DNA from: an uncultured Acidobacteriaceae bacterium
GTDB taxonomy: Bacteria > Acidobacteriota > Terriglobia > Terriglobales > Acidobacteriaceae
Direction of reading: 5' to 3'
Assembly: GCA_963773965.1 (NCBI GenBank)
Contig: CAVZDG010000010.1
Coordinates: 50,693-114,692, forward strand
DNA: 64,000 nt
Of this stretch, positions 38,150 through 47,813 are shown in pieces. A program made the translations under genes and the position numbers. Below the pieces are notes generated by a model. It ran no database searches. It saw nothing but the letters and a program-made list of their open reading frames with translations, and had not been told where the DNA came from. Within the stretch, counting starts at the first letter, position 1. Every line of letters starts with the position of its first letter.

Positions 38150-39604
38150 TCATCCCTCGGGCACCCAGTTGTCCGTCTTTAAGCCCTGCAAGCCAATTTG
38201 TCCTTCCTGCGGAGTGCCCGACTCTCCTATCCAAATGACTTGAAACTGCGCGTCAACGCCGTCAGAGACCAGATGAACGACTTCCCCGGCCTTCAGATGG
38301 TTGGCAACGCCGCCAACACGCGCGCCGCGATGGCTGAAATCGATCAAAGAAGTCGTCTGGGGAACGGATTCCTGGTGGTCATGGCCCCGCACTTCTACCG
38401 GCCGTGACACGAATAATCTTGGTTCCCGGCGTTGATAAACGATAGGTTCGGTGGAATTGAGTTGCGACGCACTTCCGGGAGCGCCTGCCAACTGGTGCTT
38501 TTCGAGTTCAAGAAGAAACTGTTCTTTGGTAAGGGTGGCCGCGGTGCGGAACAATTCCAGGAGAGGATCGTGTTCCACTTCGCCCTCCAGCGAGCGCGTG
38601 TTTCCTCCCGACGAATCGGCGGCGCCATCATCCCAATCGAGTCCTTCCGGCTCAACCAGCACTTCGGCAATGGCGTCTGGGGTCGCAGTCATTTGCTGGA
38701 TTAAGTGTTCCAATCGCCGCCGGTGCTCGGACGTCCGGTTCAAGAACTCGATCCCCATGCCGAGTTCGGGTTCCATGACCCGTACTTTTCCCTCCGTCTT
38801 GACAGAACCGTCCGCGACACGGAGCAGCAGCTCGACCCGCGTGTGGGCGGGGAAGGGGGACTGGGTTCGCAAGAAGCATCCACCAAAACTGAGCCCCATC
38901 AGAGAGCAGCGGATGGGCGGATCGCGCTTCTCTCCGCACTGCAAACACAACCATTCTTTCAGGCTGCGGTGCGAGGCGTCGGAGATTGACGCAAACTGAA
39001 TGCCGGCACGACAACGCGAATCCTGCCAGGCAATGATTCCAGTGGCTTCGATCACAGTCGTGGTGTCAGGCAGCGCAAAGGAGAAACAAATGGGGCCGCT
39101 TCTCTTGCCAGCCGAACTCGCCAGCCGGACCGAGAGACCGCCCTCGCTCAGCCCCGAGATGGAGGCCTGCTCGCCCTCTCCATCCTGAAATCGGAAATAG
39201 GCGGGGATATTAACTTCCAGCCGCACGGACCGGCGCCGTTCTCGTCTCAGGAGAGCTCGGGCGGCTCGAAAACTCGACTTCGCCTTTTCGGTCGAGATCG
39301 GCTTGTAGACAACAAAGTTCGCCCCCAGCCTAAACGCAGTCTGCAAATTGGTGCGCGTGTCGATAATCGCTATCGCCACCGATTTACGGTTTTGTTGCCC
39401 GGAACGGACGCTTCGCAGCAGCCCGAAGCTGCTTTCGTCTTCGCAGTCGATGATGACCGCTTCGAAGCTGTGCTGCGCCAGCTTTTTCGCGGCGCTCGAG
39501 TGGTCCGCGCAGTGCTCGACATGAATCTCCAATTCGCCCAGAACGTTGCGAAGGATGCGGAGGGCGCGGTCGTCCGAGCAAACCAATAGTGACTTGAGGT
39601 TCAT
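38150..39604 (-). CDS. Response-regulator receiver fused to three PilZ-like domains
   Basis: N-terminal REC (LLVCSDD...IIDCED...VYKP). PilZ signatures RRERRRSVR..LSEGG and RREPR..DFSHRG. The C-terminal two-thirds are paralogous to 5870..7138. Confidence 0.75.
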   Translation of the reverse strand: MNLKSLLVCSDDRALRILRNVLGELEIHVEHCADHSSAAKKLAQHSFEAVIIDCEDESSFGLLRSVRSGQQNRKSVAIAIIDTRTNLQTAFRLGANFVVYKPISTEKAKSSFRAARALLRRERRRSVRLEVNIPAYFRFQDGEGEQASISGLSEGGLSVRLASSAGKRSGPICFSFALPDTTTVIEATGIIAWQDSRCRAGIQFASISDASHRSLKEWLCLQCGEKRDPPIRCSLMGLSFGGCFLRTQSPFPAHTRVELLLRVADGSVKTEGKVRVMEPELGMGIEFLNRTSEHRRRLEHLIQQMTATPDAIAEVLVEPEGLDWDDGAADSSGGNTRSLEGEVEHDPLLELFRTAATLTKEQFLLELEKHQLAGAPGSASQLNSTEPIVYQRREPRLFVSRPVEVRGHDHQESVPQTTSLIDFSHRGARVGGVANHLKAGEVVHLVSDGVDAQFQVIWIGESGTPQEGQIGLQGLKTDNWVPEG

Positions 39605-39803
39605 GCCAGTATCAAGGGTAGGCAAAAAGCAACAGCATCCAAAGTTACGGCGGTAATGCCAATGTGGAGTGGGTTGCGTTGGCGTAACATCGCTTTCACC
39701 AGTAACGCTCAGTGGCTTGTTCATACGCCGCGACCCGCTCGACAGCCGAGCGCGCCCGTAGCACGAGGGCACCCCGTTCATGCGCGGAAACAAATCCGAG
39801 CGG

Positions 39804-40190
39804 TCAGCGGTTGGCCATGGTTCGGATCGTTCCCAATCCCAGCAACCGTTGGTCGGCCGTGACCAGAGTCAGGTCTAGGACCTCGGCGGTGGCGGCTAGA
39901 ATGCGATCGGCGGGGTCCTGATGCAGGGGTAACTGTCGGGCTACGAGAGCGATCTCGTGGGTAAGCGGAGCTTCGCGCGTGCCGGCAACCGCTCGCGCCA
40001 GCCATTGCTCCAGGTTTCCGTCAATCTCGAATCTCCCCTTGTAGTGCAACGCTAGAGCCTCATAGGTACTGATCGGCGAAAGCCAAAGTTCATTGGCTTC
40101 GTCTTTGAGTTGCTGCAGAACCCTCCGCCCAAGCCGTTTTGGATCGCTCAGCGTCCACAACCAGATGTGGGTATCAAGTAGCAGCCTCAA
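39804..40190 (-). CDS. vapC: Type II toxin VapC (PIN domain)
   Basis: LLLDTHIWLW...DPADRILAATA...LVTAD. The TTG start overlaps the antitoxin stop (TTGA). Confidence 0.85.
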   Translation of the reverse strand: MRLLLDTHIWLWTLSDPKRLGRRVLQQLKDEANELWLSPISTYEALALHYKGRFEIDGNLEQWLARAVAGTREAPLTHEIALVARQLPLHQDPADRILAATAEVLDLTLVTADQRLLGLGTIRTMANR

Positions 40191-40429
40191 TCGCGCAGGA
40201 CCTCCCACTCATCTTCATCGGTGGCCGGCGAAACGATGTCGCCCTTGATCCTCATCGAATTCTTCATCGATCCGATCCACGACGAGCGCTCTTCGACCGA
40301 GGTGGGCGGCACGACCTCAGCGACAGGTTTTCCAAAGCGCGTTACACGGATCGGCTTCTTCGTCGAACGGACGCGTTCGAGCACGGCTAGGCACTTGGCT
40401 TTGAATTCCGAGATGGCGATTTCCTGCAT
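40187..40429 (-). CDS. Type II antitoxin, Phd/YefM family
   Basis: ISEFKAKCLAVLERVRSTKKPIRVTRFGKPVAEVVP. Confidence 0.85.
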   Translation of the reverse strand: MQEIAISEFKAKCLAVLERVRSTKKPIRVTRFGKPVAEVVPPTSVEERSSWIGSMKNSMRIKGDIVSPATDEDEWEVLRD

Positions 40430-40458
40430 AAGGTTCCTAGTGGTCAGTATATCATACT

Positions 40459-40479
40459 ATGGTCATTTTATATGACCAT
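40459..40479 (-). promoter_or_regulatory. Palindromic operator-like site upstream of the Phd-VapC operon
   Basis: atggtcat-tttat-atgaccat, 30-50 nt upstream of the antitoxin ATG in an AT-rich stretch. Confidence 0.5.
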
Positions 40480-40685
40480 TTGTAAAGCTGCGCTTAGCCC
40501 GCCGCCGTCGCCCCTCGGCGCTAAAGCCGGCTCTTAGTTGGCGAACTTATGGCACGACTGAAGTCGTGCCCTTCCCAAGACCTGCACCGCGCTGGATTTG
40601 AAAGCAACCGCCGCATGCGCCGCCCGCTGGACGGGCGATTGCGTTCGTCCCTATGTGAGCATCTATTGTGCTAGCCTTACTTTCC

Positions 40686-41900
40686 ATGACACACGTTTCG
40701 GCCCATCCCAAGCACTTTCTCTCCGACAAGGTTGAGCATTTTACCGAGTCGGTGATTCGCGAGATGACTCGGCAGGCTATGCAATATGACGCCGTTAATC
40801 TGGCGCAGGGGTTTCCGGATTTCTCGGCGCCCGCTGAAATCAAGCGCGCCGCGCAGGAAGCCATCGCTGCCGACGTGAATCAGTACGCCATCACCTGGGG
40901 CGCGAAGAGTCTGCGGGTTGCGATTGCGCGGCAGATGCGGGAGTGGCAGGGGATCGAGGTCGATCCGGAAAAGGAAATTGTGGTGTGCTGCGGCTCGACC
41001 GAGGCGATGATCGCCACGTTGCTTGCGGTGTGCAATAAGGGCGACGAGGTTGTGGTCTTCGAGCCCTTTTACGAGAACTATGGCCCGGACTCGATTCTGA
41101 GCGGAGCCAGGCCGCGGTTTGTCAGTTTGCGTCCACCACAAACGGCCGGAGGCAAGTGGACCTTCGACGAACAGGAATTGCGCGAAGCTTTTCAGCATCA
41201 GACGGCGCAACATCACACCAAAGCCATCATCGTTAACACGCCCAATAACCCTACCGGCAAGGTGTTCAGCCGGAAAGAGCTGGAACTGATTCGCGATCTG
41301 TGCGTCGAATACAACGTGCTCGCCATCACCGACGAAATCTACGAGCATATTCTCTACGATGGATCGGAGCACATTTCGATCGCGCGGCTTGACGGCATGC
41401 GCGAACGCACGATTACGATCAACGGGCTCTCAAAAAGCTACAGCGTCACGGGATGGCGCGTTGGCTGGGCGGTGGCGCCTCCGGCGATCACGAACGCGAT
41501 CCGCAAGGTGCATGACTTTTTGACGGTGGGCGCGCCCGCGCCCTTGCAGGAAGCTGGAGCGGCGGCATTAAGCCTGCCTGCCAGTTACTATCGCGAACTG
41601 GCCGACCGGTACCGCACGCGGCGCGATCATCTGATCCCGGCCCTGGAGAAAGTCGGGTTTCGCTGTTACCGTCCGCGGGGCGCGTATTACGTGATGACCG
41701 ACATCGGCGCCTTCGGGTTCGCCAACGACGTGCAGTTCGCGGCTCACCTGGTGAAGGACATCGGCATCGCGTGCGTGCCCGGGTCGAGTTTCTACAAACA
41801 TCCGAAAGACGGATCCCAACAGGTACGTTTCGCCTTCTGCAAAAAGCCTGAGACACTGGACGAGGCGGCGCGACGGCTGGAAAAGCTGCGGTCACGGTGA
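40686..41900 (+). CDS. PLP-dependent aminotransferase, class I/II (YbdL/kynurenine-aminotransferase-like)
   Basis: NLAQGFPDF, the NGLSKSYSVTGWRVGW PLP-lysine motif, and about 400 aa in length. Confidence 0.88.
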   Translation: MTHVSAHPKHFLSDKVEHFTESVIREMTRQAMQYDAVNLAQGFPDFSAPAEIKRAAQEAIAADVNQYAITWGAKSLRVAIARQMREWQGIEVDPEKEIVVCCGSTEAMIATLLAVCNKGDEVVVFEPFYENYGPDSILSGARPRFVSLRPPQTAGGKWTFDEQELREAFQHQTAQHHTKAIIVNTPNNPTGKVFSRKELELIRDLCVEYNVLAITDEIYEHILYDGSEHISIARLDGMRERTITINGLSKSYSVTGWRVGWAVAPPAITNAIRKVHDFLTVGAPAPLQEAGAAALSLPASYYRELADRYRTRRDHLIPALEKVGFRCYRPRGAYYVMTDIGAFGFANDVQFAAHLVKDIGIACVPGSSFYKHPKDGSQQVRFAFCKKPETLDEAARRLEKLRSR

Positions 41901-41911
41901 AACGTATCGGT

Positions 41912-41940
41912 GAAGACGCGGCAAGCCGCGTCTCTACCGG
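41912..41940. repeat. REP (GTAGAGACGCGGC family)
   Basis: gaagacgcggcaagccgcgtctctaccgg. Confidence 0.9.
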
Positions 41941-42043
41941 CAGAACGGGCACGAGTTGCGGCAAAAGTAGCGCTAAAATCCACAGCCAACTGCGCTATAC
42001 TTCGCCTCAACGCTGAAACATTCCCCGAAAGCGAGTGGTGCCC

Positions 42044-42341
42044 ATGTCCGTGAAAACCGTGGAAGAGGTATCTGCGCGAGGTTCCGGCTGAAGATTTTCA
42101 GGCGCTGGAAGAGAAAGTTTATCGCACCATTGAGTTGTACAAGGCCGCCAAAGAAGCGCGGGCTACCGCCGAGCGCGACGCGAAGCGGCTGCGGGAGCAA
42201 CTTGAAGAACGCGAGGAAGAAAACGAACCCATGCGCCGCGAACTGGTGCAACTGCGCAAGGATCGCGAGGACATTCGCGGCCGGGTGGAAAAAATGTTGA
42301 GCCAGATGGACAGCCTGACGCATGAGCAGGCGGCAAGCTGA
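42044..42341 (+). pseudogene. Small coiled-coil protein (ZapB-like), apparent +1 frameshift near the 5' end
   Basis: The ATG at 42044 opens MSVKTVEEVSARGSG*. The coiled-coil body (EDFQALEEKVYRTIELYKAAKEA...) continues in the next frame with no start codon of its own. Confidence 0.45.
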
Positions 42342-42562
42342 ACGGTGCGGCGAACTGAACGATTGCGGCAAAGATGCGCCCGGCAGTCGTCTGGCAGGAA
42401 GTGAATCCGCCAAGGAGTAACATGGCCACTGCGAGCAAAGAACCTCCGACCGATGGGCTGACGAAAAGATGCGGCTGACGAAAGCTGTTGCCAAAGCGGC
42501 CTGACCAAAGATGCGTTGCGAAAGACGTGCCGGCCACGAATGCCGCCGGCGTCAGTGGCAGC

Positions 42563-42848
42563 GTGCGCGTCGAGATCTTCGACCAGGTTTATAACCTGCG
42601 GGGCTCGGATGCGGACTACATTCTGAAGCTTGCCGAGTATGTGGATGGCAAGATGCGCGCGGTATCGCGAACAGACTGCAACGGTCGATTCGGTGCGGCT
42701 GGCGGTGCTGGCGGCGCTGAATATTGCGGATGAATATCATCTGCTGAAGCGGCGACTGGAGACGGCTTCGCCGGAAGCGCGGCAGCGGGCCAGCAAACTG
42801 GCAAGCGCGCTGGATGAGGTTTTGGAAGATACGCGGCGCACGGGCTGA
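42563..42848 (+). pseudogene. zapA: Cell division protein ZapA, apparent +1 frameshift
   Basis: VRVEIFDQVYNLRGSDADYILKLAEYVDGKMRAV (frame A) continues as EQTATVDSVRLAVLAALNIADEYHLLKRR (frame B). The junction is at about 42658-42672. Confidence 0.7.
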
Positions 42849-43021
42849 GAATCGGAGCGCTGACCTGGGGACTTCATCTTCGGCAATCGCGATACCTCTG
42901 TCCCGAGCGATTCGCGCTCCAGAGCATGGATCGCCGCCGGCAATCGTGAGAACCCTCGTCCTCGTTCACACGTCGAGCAACTCCCTAGCAAACTTTCTGC
43001 CAACTATTTTGCATTTTCCTC

Positions 43022-43050
43022 TTGCGAATCTCTTCGCAGTTTCCTAGCAT
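43022..43050 (+). promoter_or_regulatory. Putative sigma-70 promoter of the sRNA candidate
   Basis: TTGCGA (43022-27), 17-nt spacer, TAGCAT (43045-50). The predicted transcription start at about 43057 coincides with the base of the closing stem. Confidence 0.5.
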
Positions 43051-43056
43051 CCAAGG

Positions 43057-43256
43057 TGAAAGCCGACCTGCGAGGTTGGTGATGGTGGCAACCGATTTTT
43101 GAACCAATGCCGAATGAACGGGGACTCGACTCGCAAAAAGATCCGGTGTGCTATGTTCCGCCATGCGGAAAAGCCTAATGGGTCGCGGCGGGTTCCCACC
43201 GTCTGAGACGGGTTCATTCTCGGCCCACCACACGGCCCAGTGGGTCGGCTTGTTTT
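43057..43256 (+). ncRNA. Candidate ~200-nt structured sRNA (possible 6S/SsrS RNA by position downstream of zapA)
   Basis: No credible ORF. The 5' segment aaagccgacc (43059-68) pairs with ggtcggctt (43243-51), followed by a T-run. Nested pairings are tggtgg/ccacca (43083-88 with 43225-30) and gccgaatgaac/gttcattctcggc (43109-19 with 43212-24). The whole is an extended irregular hairpin with large internal loops. Confidence 0.4.
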
Positions 43257-43257
43257 A

Positions 43258-43394
43258 GTGTCAGGTCTCAGGTGTCAGGTCTCAGGAGAACTGGACTTAG
43301 GATCGCTAATCTCCGCGGTCCTGCATTCCGGGAACGCGGATGCCCGTACTGCATCACAGATTTTGCCTTTCCTGAGACCTGACACCTGAGACCT
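43258..43394. repeat. Hairpin with a perfect 24-bp stem of 7-nt-periodic repeats (GGTCTCA/GGTGTCA type) and an 84-nt loop
   Basis: 43263-43286 is the exact reverse complement of 43371-43394. Confidence 0.9.
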
Positions 43395-43452
43395 TTCTCC
43401 TCTGCTAGACTCTCCTTGGAACTCAACCTGCAATCGGAGCATCTAAACTAAC

Positions 43453-44260
43453 GTGTTCCCCAGACTTTTTCAGATTGGCAGTTTCTACCTGCCCACCTAC
43501 GGCGTCCTGGTCGCCTCGGGCGTGCTGATCGGGCTTTGGATCACCGTGCGCAATTCGGAGAAGCAGGGCATCAATGGCGACGATGCCTGGAATCTTGGCA
43601 TTCTCGTTGTCCTCGCCGGAATTATCGGGGCGAAGATTCTTTACGTCATCAACGACTGGAGCACTTACGCGAACAACTGGCGGGAGATTTTCAGCCTCAA
43701 CACGCTGCAGGCGGGAGGCGTATTTTCCGGCGGACTGATTGCCGCGCTGCTCATGGCGGTGTGGTACATGCGGCGTCATCACATGCCGGCGCTGCGCACC
43801 ACCGACGGCTTCGCTCCGGGGCTGGCCTTTGGCCACGTCCTCGGACGCTTCGGATGTTTCTCGGCAGGCTGCTGTTACGGCAAACCGACCAATCACTTCT
43901 GGGGCGTCGTCTTCACGAATCCTTTGGCGCATGCCGTCAGTGGAACTCCGCTCGGCGTCAGGATTGAACCGACACAGCTGATCGAAGCCGCCGCCGAGTT
44001 CTTGCAATTTCCTGCTGCTGATGTGGCTGCTCAAGCGCAAGAAGTTCGATGGGCAGGTGTTCGGCAGCTTCATGATCCTGTACGGAATCGAGCGCTACTT
44101 CATCGAGTTTCTGCGCGACGATCCCGGACGCGGCGAAGTCTTCGGCGGCCTGATGACGGGAACGCAGTTGATTTCGATTCTGCTGGTCATCGGTGGTGGA
44201 TTGATCTGGTGGCTGAAGAGTGGATCAGCACAGCCAGTGCCGGCGCAGAGCAGCGTTTAG
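43453..44260 (+). pseudogene. lgt: Prolipoprotein diacylglyceryl transferase, apparent +1 frameshift
   Basis: The N-terminal 180 aa (YGVLVASGVLIG...GRFGCFSAGCCYGKPT...) lie in one frame. The C-terminus (FLLLMWLLKRKKFDGQVFGSFMILYGIERYFIEFLRDDP) lies in the next. The junction is at about 43998-44012. Confidence 0.8.
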
Positions 44261-44279
44261 CTCTGCGTCGCTTCCCCCA

Positions 44280-45420
44280 ATGCCTGAATTCCCCATAACT
44301 CTTCGTCGTCTCTGACCAACGACGCAGGGCAGCGCCTGGACCAATATCTCGCGACGCAACTTTCGAGGTTAATCACGCAGAGGTCAGCCGGGCGCGCGTG
44401 CAGCAACTCATCGCGAAGGGTGAGGTGCTGGTGAACGAGGCCGCGGCGAAGGCGTCGCTGCGGCTGAAGGGCAATGGCGACGAGCAGATCACGGTCACCG
44501 GGCCGCCGCACGCTCCGCCGCTGCGCGCCATGGCGGAAGAGATTGCGCTCGACATCGTCTATGAGGACGACGACCTGGCGATCGTCAACAAGCCCGCGGG
44601 CATGATGGTGCATGCGGGAGCGGGAGCGACCGACGATGCGCGCAACCGCGGAACGCTGGTCAATGCGCTGCTGCATCACTTTGGAACGCTTTCCGCGGTC
44701 GGCGGCGAACTGCGTCCGGGGATCGTGCATCGCCTGGATCGGGCGACCAGCGGGCTGATGGTGGTGGCGAAGAACGACGAATCGCACCGCCGCCTGGCGA
44801 AGCAGTTCAGCGGGCGCGAGGTGCACAAGACTTACATCGCGCTGGTCCACGGCTGGCCGAAGCAGGATCGCGGCACGATTCAAAGCGCCATCAGCCGCCA
44901 CTCGCAGCGGCGCACACGCATGACGACGCGAGGCTTCGGCGGCCGCGAGGCGGTGACGCATTACGTGGTGCAACGAAAGATCGATTCGCCTTACGGCAAG
45001 TTTGCGCTGGTCGAACTCAAGATCGAGACGGGACGCACGCACCAGATTCGCGTGCACATGTCGTCGCTCGGACATCCGGTGGTGGGCGACGCGCTCTATG
45101 GCGCGCCGGGCGAATTGCGGTCGCAGTCGAACAAACGGCGGTCGGCAGGCATGCCCGCGACGCTGACGCTGGATCGAAATTTTCTGCATTCGGCGGTGCT
45201 GGAGTTGACGCATCCGCGGACGAAGGAGTTGCTCAAGTTCTCCCGGCCGTTACCGAAGGAACTGGAGAATTTGCTCGATAGCCTGGAGAATGCTCGACAA
45301 GAAGGTCCGCGGCTGGAACCTGGCCGGTACGCTGGTAGAGAGCGGCTTGCCGCGTCTCCTCGCGTGAGCACTGCCGCCGCAGCGGAGACGTGGCAAGCCC
45401 CGTCTCTACGGGAGTTCTAG
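44280..45420 (+). pseudogene. RluA-family 23S rRNA pseudouridine synthase (RluD-like), 5' S4-domain region split over three frames
   Basis: The catalytic core is intact (HRLDRATSGLMVVAKN). The upstream segments MPEFPITL..., AGQRLDQYLATQLSR... and RARVQQLIAKGEVLVN are in three different frames between 44280 and 44400. The 3' end runs through a REPIN. Confidence 0.7.
45334..45412. repeat. REPIN overlapping the 3' end of the pseudouridine synthase ORF
   Basis: ggtagagagcggcttgccgcgtctcc ... ggagacgtggcaagccccgtctctacggg. The ORF stop codon (45418-20) lies just beyond it. Confidence 0.9.
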
Positions 45421-45487
45421 TTCGGACCTGCCGAGTGCGGAGCCGCGGGCTATAATTGAAGAAATCGTTTCTGATCAAATCGTCCCG

Positions 45488-46608
45488 ATGAAATCGCGCA
45501 TTTTTCTGCTTCTGGTTGCTTTTCATGTACTGGCTGGCTCGCTTATCGGCCAGACGGCGCCGCCTGCGTCCGCGCCGGCGGCGGCGCAGAATTCGCCCGC
45601 GAAAACGAGCGCTCCGCCTGACGGCAAGACGCAGGCTCCGGCGGCACCAGCCGCGGGTGCGCCAACTTCTTCCACACCGGCTCCACACCAGCATCCGGCT
45701 CCTCCCGCCGACGCCGGCAGGGCAGGCTCCGGCGCAGCCGGAGAATCCACCCAAGTCTGATTCCGATGAGTCGGTCACGACGATCTGCACATGCGGTCAA
45801 CGAAGTTCGCGTGGTGTTCACCGTGACCGACCGGCACGGCCGCTACATCAAGGATCTGAAGAGCAACGACTTCAGAGTGATCGACGATCAAAAGCCCGCG
45901 GAACTGCGCAGCTTCCGCAGCGAGACCGATCTGCCCCTGCAGGTGGGGTTGCTGGTGGACGCGAGCAACTCGGTGCGCGACCGCTTCAAGTTCGAGCAGG
46001 AAGCGGCAATCGAGTTTCTGAACGCCATCATTCGTCCGCGGTATGACAAGGCATTCGTGGTCGGCTTCGACGCCACGCCGGAGGTTACGCAGGATTTCAC
46101 CGATAATACGGAGAATCTTTCGGCCGGCGTGCGCATGTTGCGGGCGGGCGGCGGCACCGCGATGTACGACGCGCTCTACTTTGCGTGCCGGGACAAGCTG
46201 TTGAAGCAGGAGCAGACGGGACCGGTGCGCCGCGCCATCATTCTGCTGAGCGACGGCGATGACAACCTGAGCCACGTGACACGTGAAGAAGCCATCGAAA
46301 TGGCGGCGCGCGCGGAAGTGATCGTCTACACCATCAGCACCAACATCAGCGGCATGAAGGGCAAGGGCGACAAAGTGCTGGAGCGCATCGCGGAAGCGAC
46401 GGGCGGCCGCGCGTTTTTTCCCTTCCAGATGCGCGACGTGTCGGATGCGTTTCTCTCCATTCAGGAAGAGTTGCGCAGCCAGTACGCGGTGGCCTACAAG
46501 CCGGCGAATTTTGTCGCGGATGGACGCTACCGCACGATCGAAATCCTGGCGCAGGATAAGGGTCTGAAGGTGCGCACCCGCAAGGGATACTACGCTCCGA
46601 AGCAGTAA
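45488..46608 (+). pseudogene. Secreted VWA-domain protein (acidobacterial VWFA-related family), signal/Pro-rich N-terminus out of frame with the body
   Basis: Signal peptide MKSRIFLLLVAFHVLAG and a P/A-rich linker in one frame, ...PENPPKSDSDESVTTI in a second, and VNEVRVVFTVTDRHGRYIKDL...LLVDASNS...LLSDGDDN in a third. Paralogous to 48293..49357 and 49534..50850. Confidence 0.7.
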
Positions 46609-46646
46609 CGTCGCGCCATACAACCGTCTATCTGTCACTCATCTCT

Positions 46647-47084
46647 ATGCCTGGATATTCGGGAACTCCGCTGGCGAAAAAGTTGGGCATCAAGGACGAT
46701 TTTCGCGCTGCCCTGTTGCATGTGCCGGACGACGTGAAGACCGAGCTTCGCGTCGCGCTCGGGAAATGCCGGATTCAACCCTTCAGCGGACACAGCAGCA
46801 GAGATCTCGATTTCATTTTCCTCTTTGCCAAGTCGCGCGCGGGGCTCGAACTCGAACTGTGGCCGGCCGCAAAAGCGCTGGCGCCCGCGGGCATGCTGTG
46901 GATCTCGTGGCCGAAGAAAAGTTCAGGCGTCGCCACCGACCTCACAGAAGATGTGATTCGCCAGAGCGGGCTTGATGCTGGCCTGGTGGATGTGAAAGTC
47001 TGCGCGGTCACCGACGTCTGGTCGGGATTGAAGTTCGTGATCCCGGTCAAGAATCGGCCGAAAGAGAAACGTCGAATCGTCTAG
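46647..47084 (+). CDS. DUF3052-like protein
   Basis: N-terminal GYSGTPLAKKLGIK is as I recall it for the DUF3052 family. 145 aa. Confidence 0.6.
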   Translation: MPGYSGTPLAKKLGIKDDFRAALLHVPDDVKTELRVALGKCRIQPFSGHSSRDLDFIFLFAKSRAGLELELWPAAKALAPAGMLWISWPKKSSGVATDLTEDVIRQSGLDAGLVDVKVCAVTDVWSGLKFVIPVKNRPKEKRRIV

Positions 47085-47239
47085 TAACAACTTAAGATAT
47101 GTCATCCTGAGCGAAGCGAAGGACCTATGGATTTGAATTCTCGGAATGGCTGAGTAATATGACATGTTGCTGGCAGCAACTTTGCGACGTTAGTAGCTTG
47201 CCGGGACGTGCCGAGCCAAGTTCTATTCATTGTGGAGAG

Positions 47240-47707
47240 ATGACTATGCGAATCGGAACCCGGCTGGCGGCAATGGCAATGGTGGGCATCTTGCTTTGTT
47301 GGCCGGCGTATGGGGAGACACCAGTGCTGCGGGCGGAGCGGGAACTGTTCGCTTCGGTGAACCAGGCGCGGCGGGCACAGGGGCTGTCTTCGCTGCGGTG
47401 GGATGAAACCCTGGCGAGAGCGGCGCGGCGTCACGCCGAGGTGATGGCCGAACACAGATCGGCGCAGCACGGGTTTGAAGGTGAGCCGAGCCTGTCGGCG
47501 CGAGTCAAGCAGGCGGGCGCGCATTTCAGTTCGCTGTCGGAAAACGTAATTCAGGGGCCCTCGCCGGAGTTCATTCACGCGCAGTTCATGAAATCGCCTC
47601 CACATCGCGCGAACATTCTGGACCGGGACATGGATTCGATTGGAGTGGGCGTGGTGCAGCGGGGCGGGCAACTGTTCGCGGTGGAGAATTTTTCGCAGGC
47701 GCGCTAA
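47240..47707 (+). CDS. CAP (SCP/PR-1-like) domain protein, secreted
   Basis: Signal peptide, then VNQARRAQGLSSLRWDETLARAARRHA...HRANILDRDMDSIGVGV. GGAGAG Shine-Dalgarno sequence upstream. Confidence 0.8.
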   Translation: MTMRIGTRLAAMAMVGILLCWPAYGETPVLRAERELFASVNQARRAQGLSSLRWDETLARAARRHAEVMAEHRSAQHGFEGEPSLSARVKQAGAHFSSLSENVIQGPSPEFIHAQFMKSPPHRANILDRDMDSIGVGVVQRGGQLFAVENFSQAR

Positions 47708-47813
47708 TGGACGGCACGCTCCGCGATGCGATTCCTAAAGCGACAGGAATTGAATGGCCCACGCACGGGTTAACCGGCGTAGGCCGCTTCATTAGGAGAT
47801 TGTTCGACGACGC

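Noticed and set aside
43071-43125. Short identities to E. coli 6S RNA (ggttggtga; ttgaaccaa) as recalled from memory.
   Set aside because: They fall at non-equivalent positions in the fold and are too short to mean anything. The sRNA call rests only on the promoter, stem and terminator geometry and on synteny.
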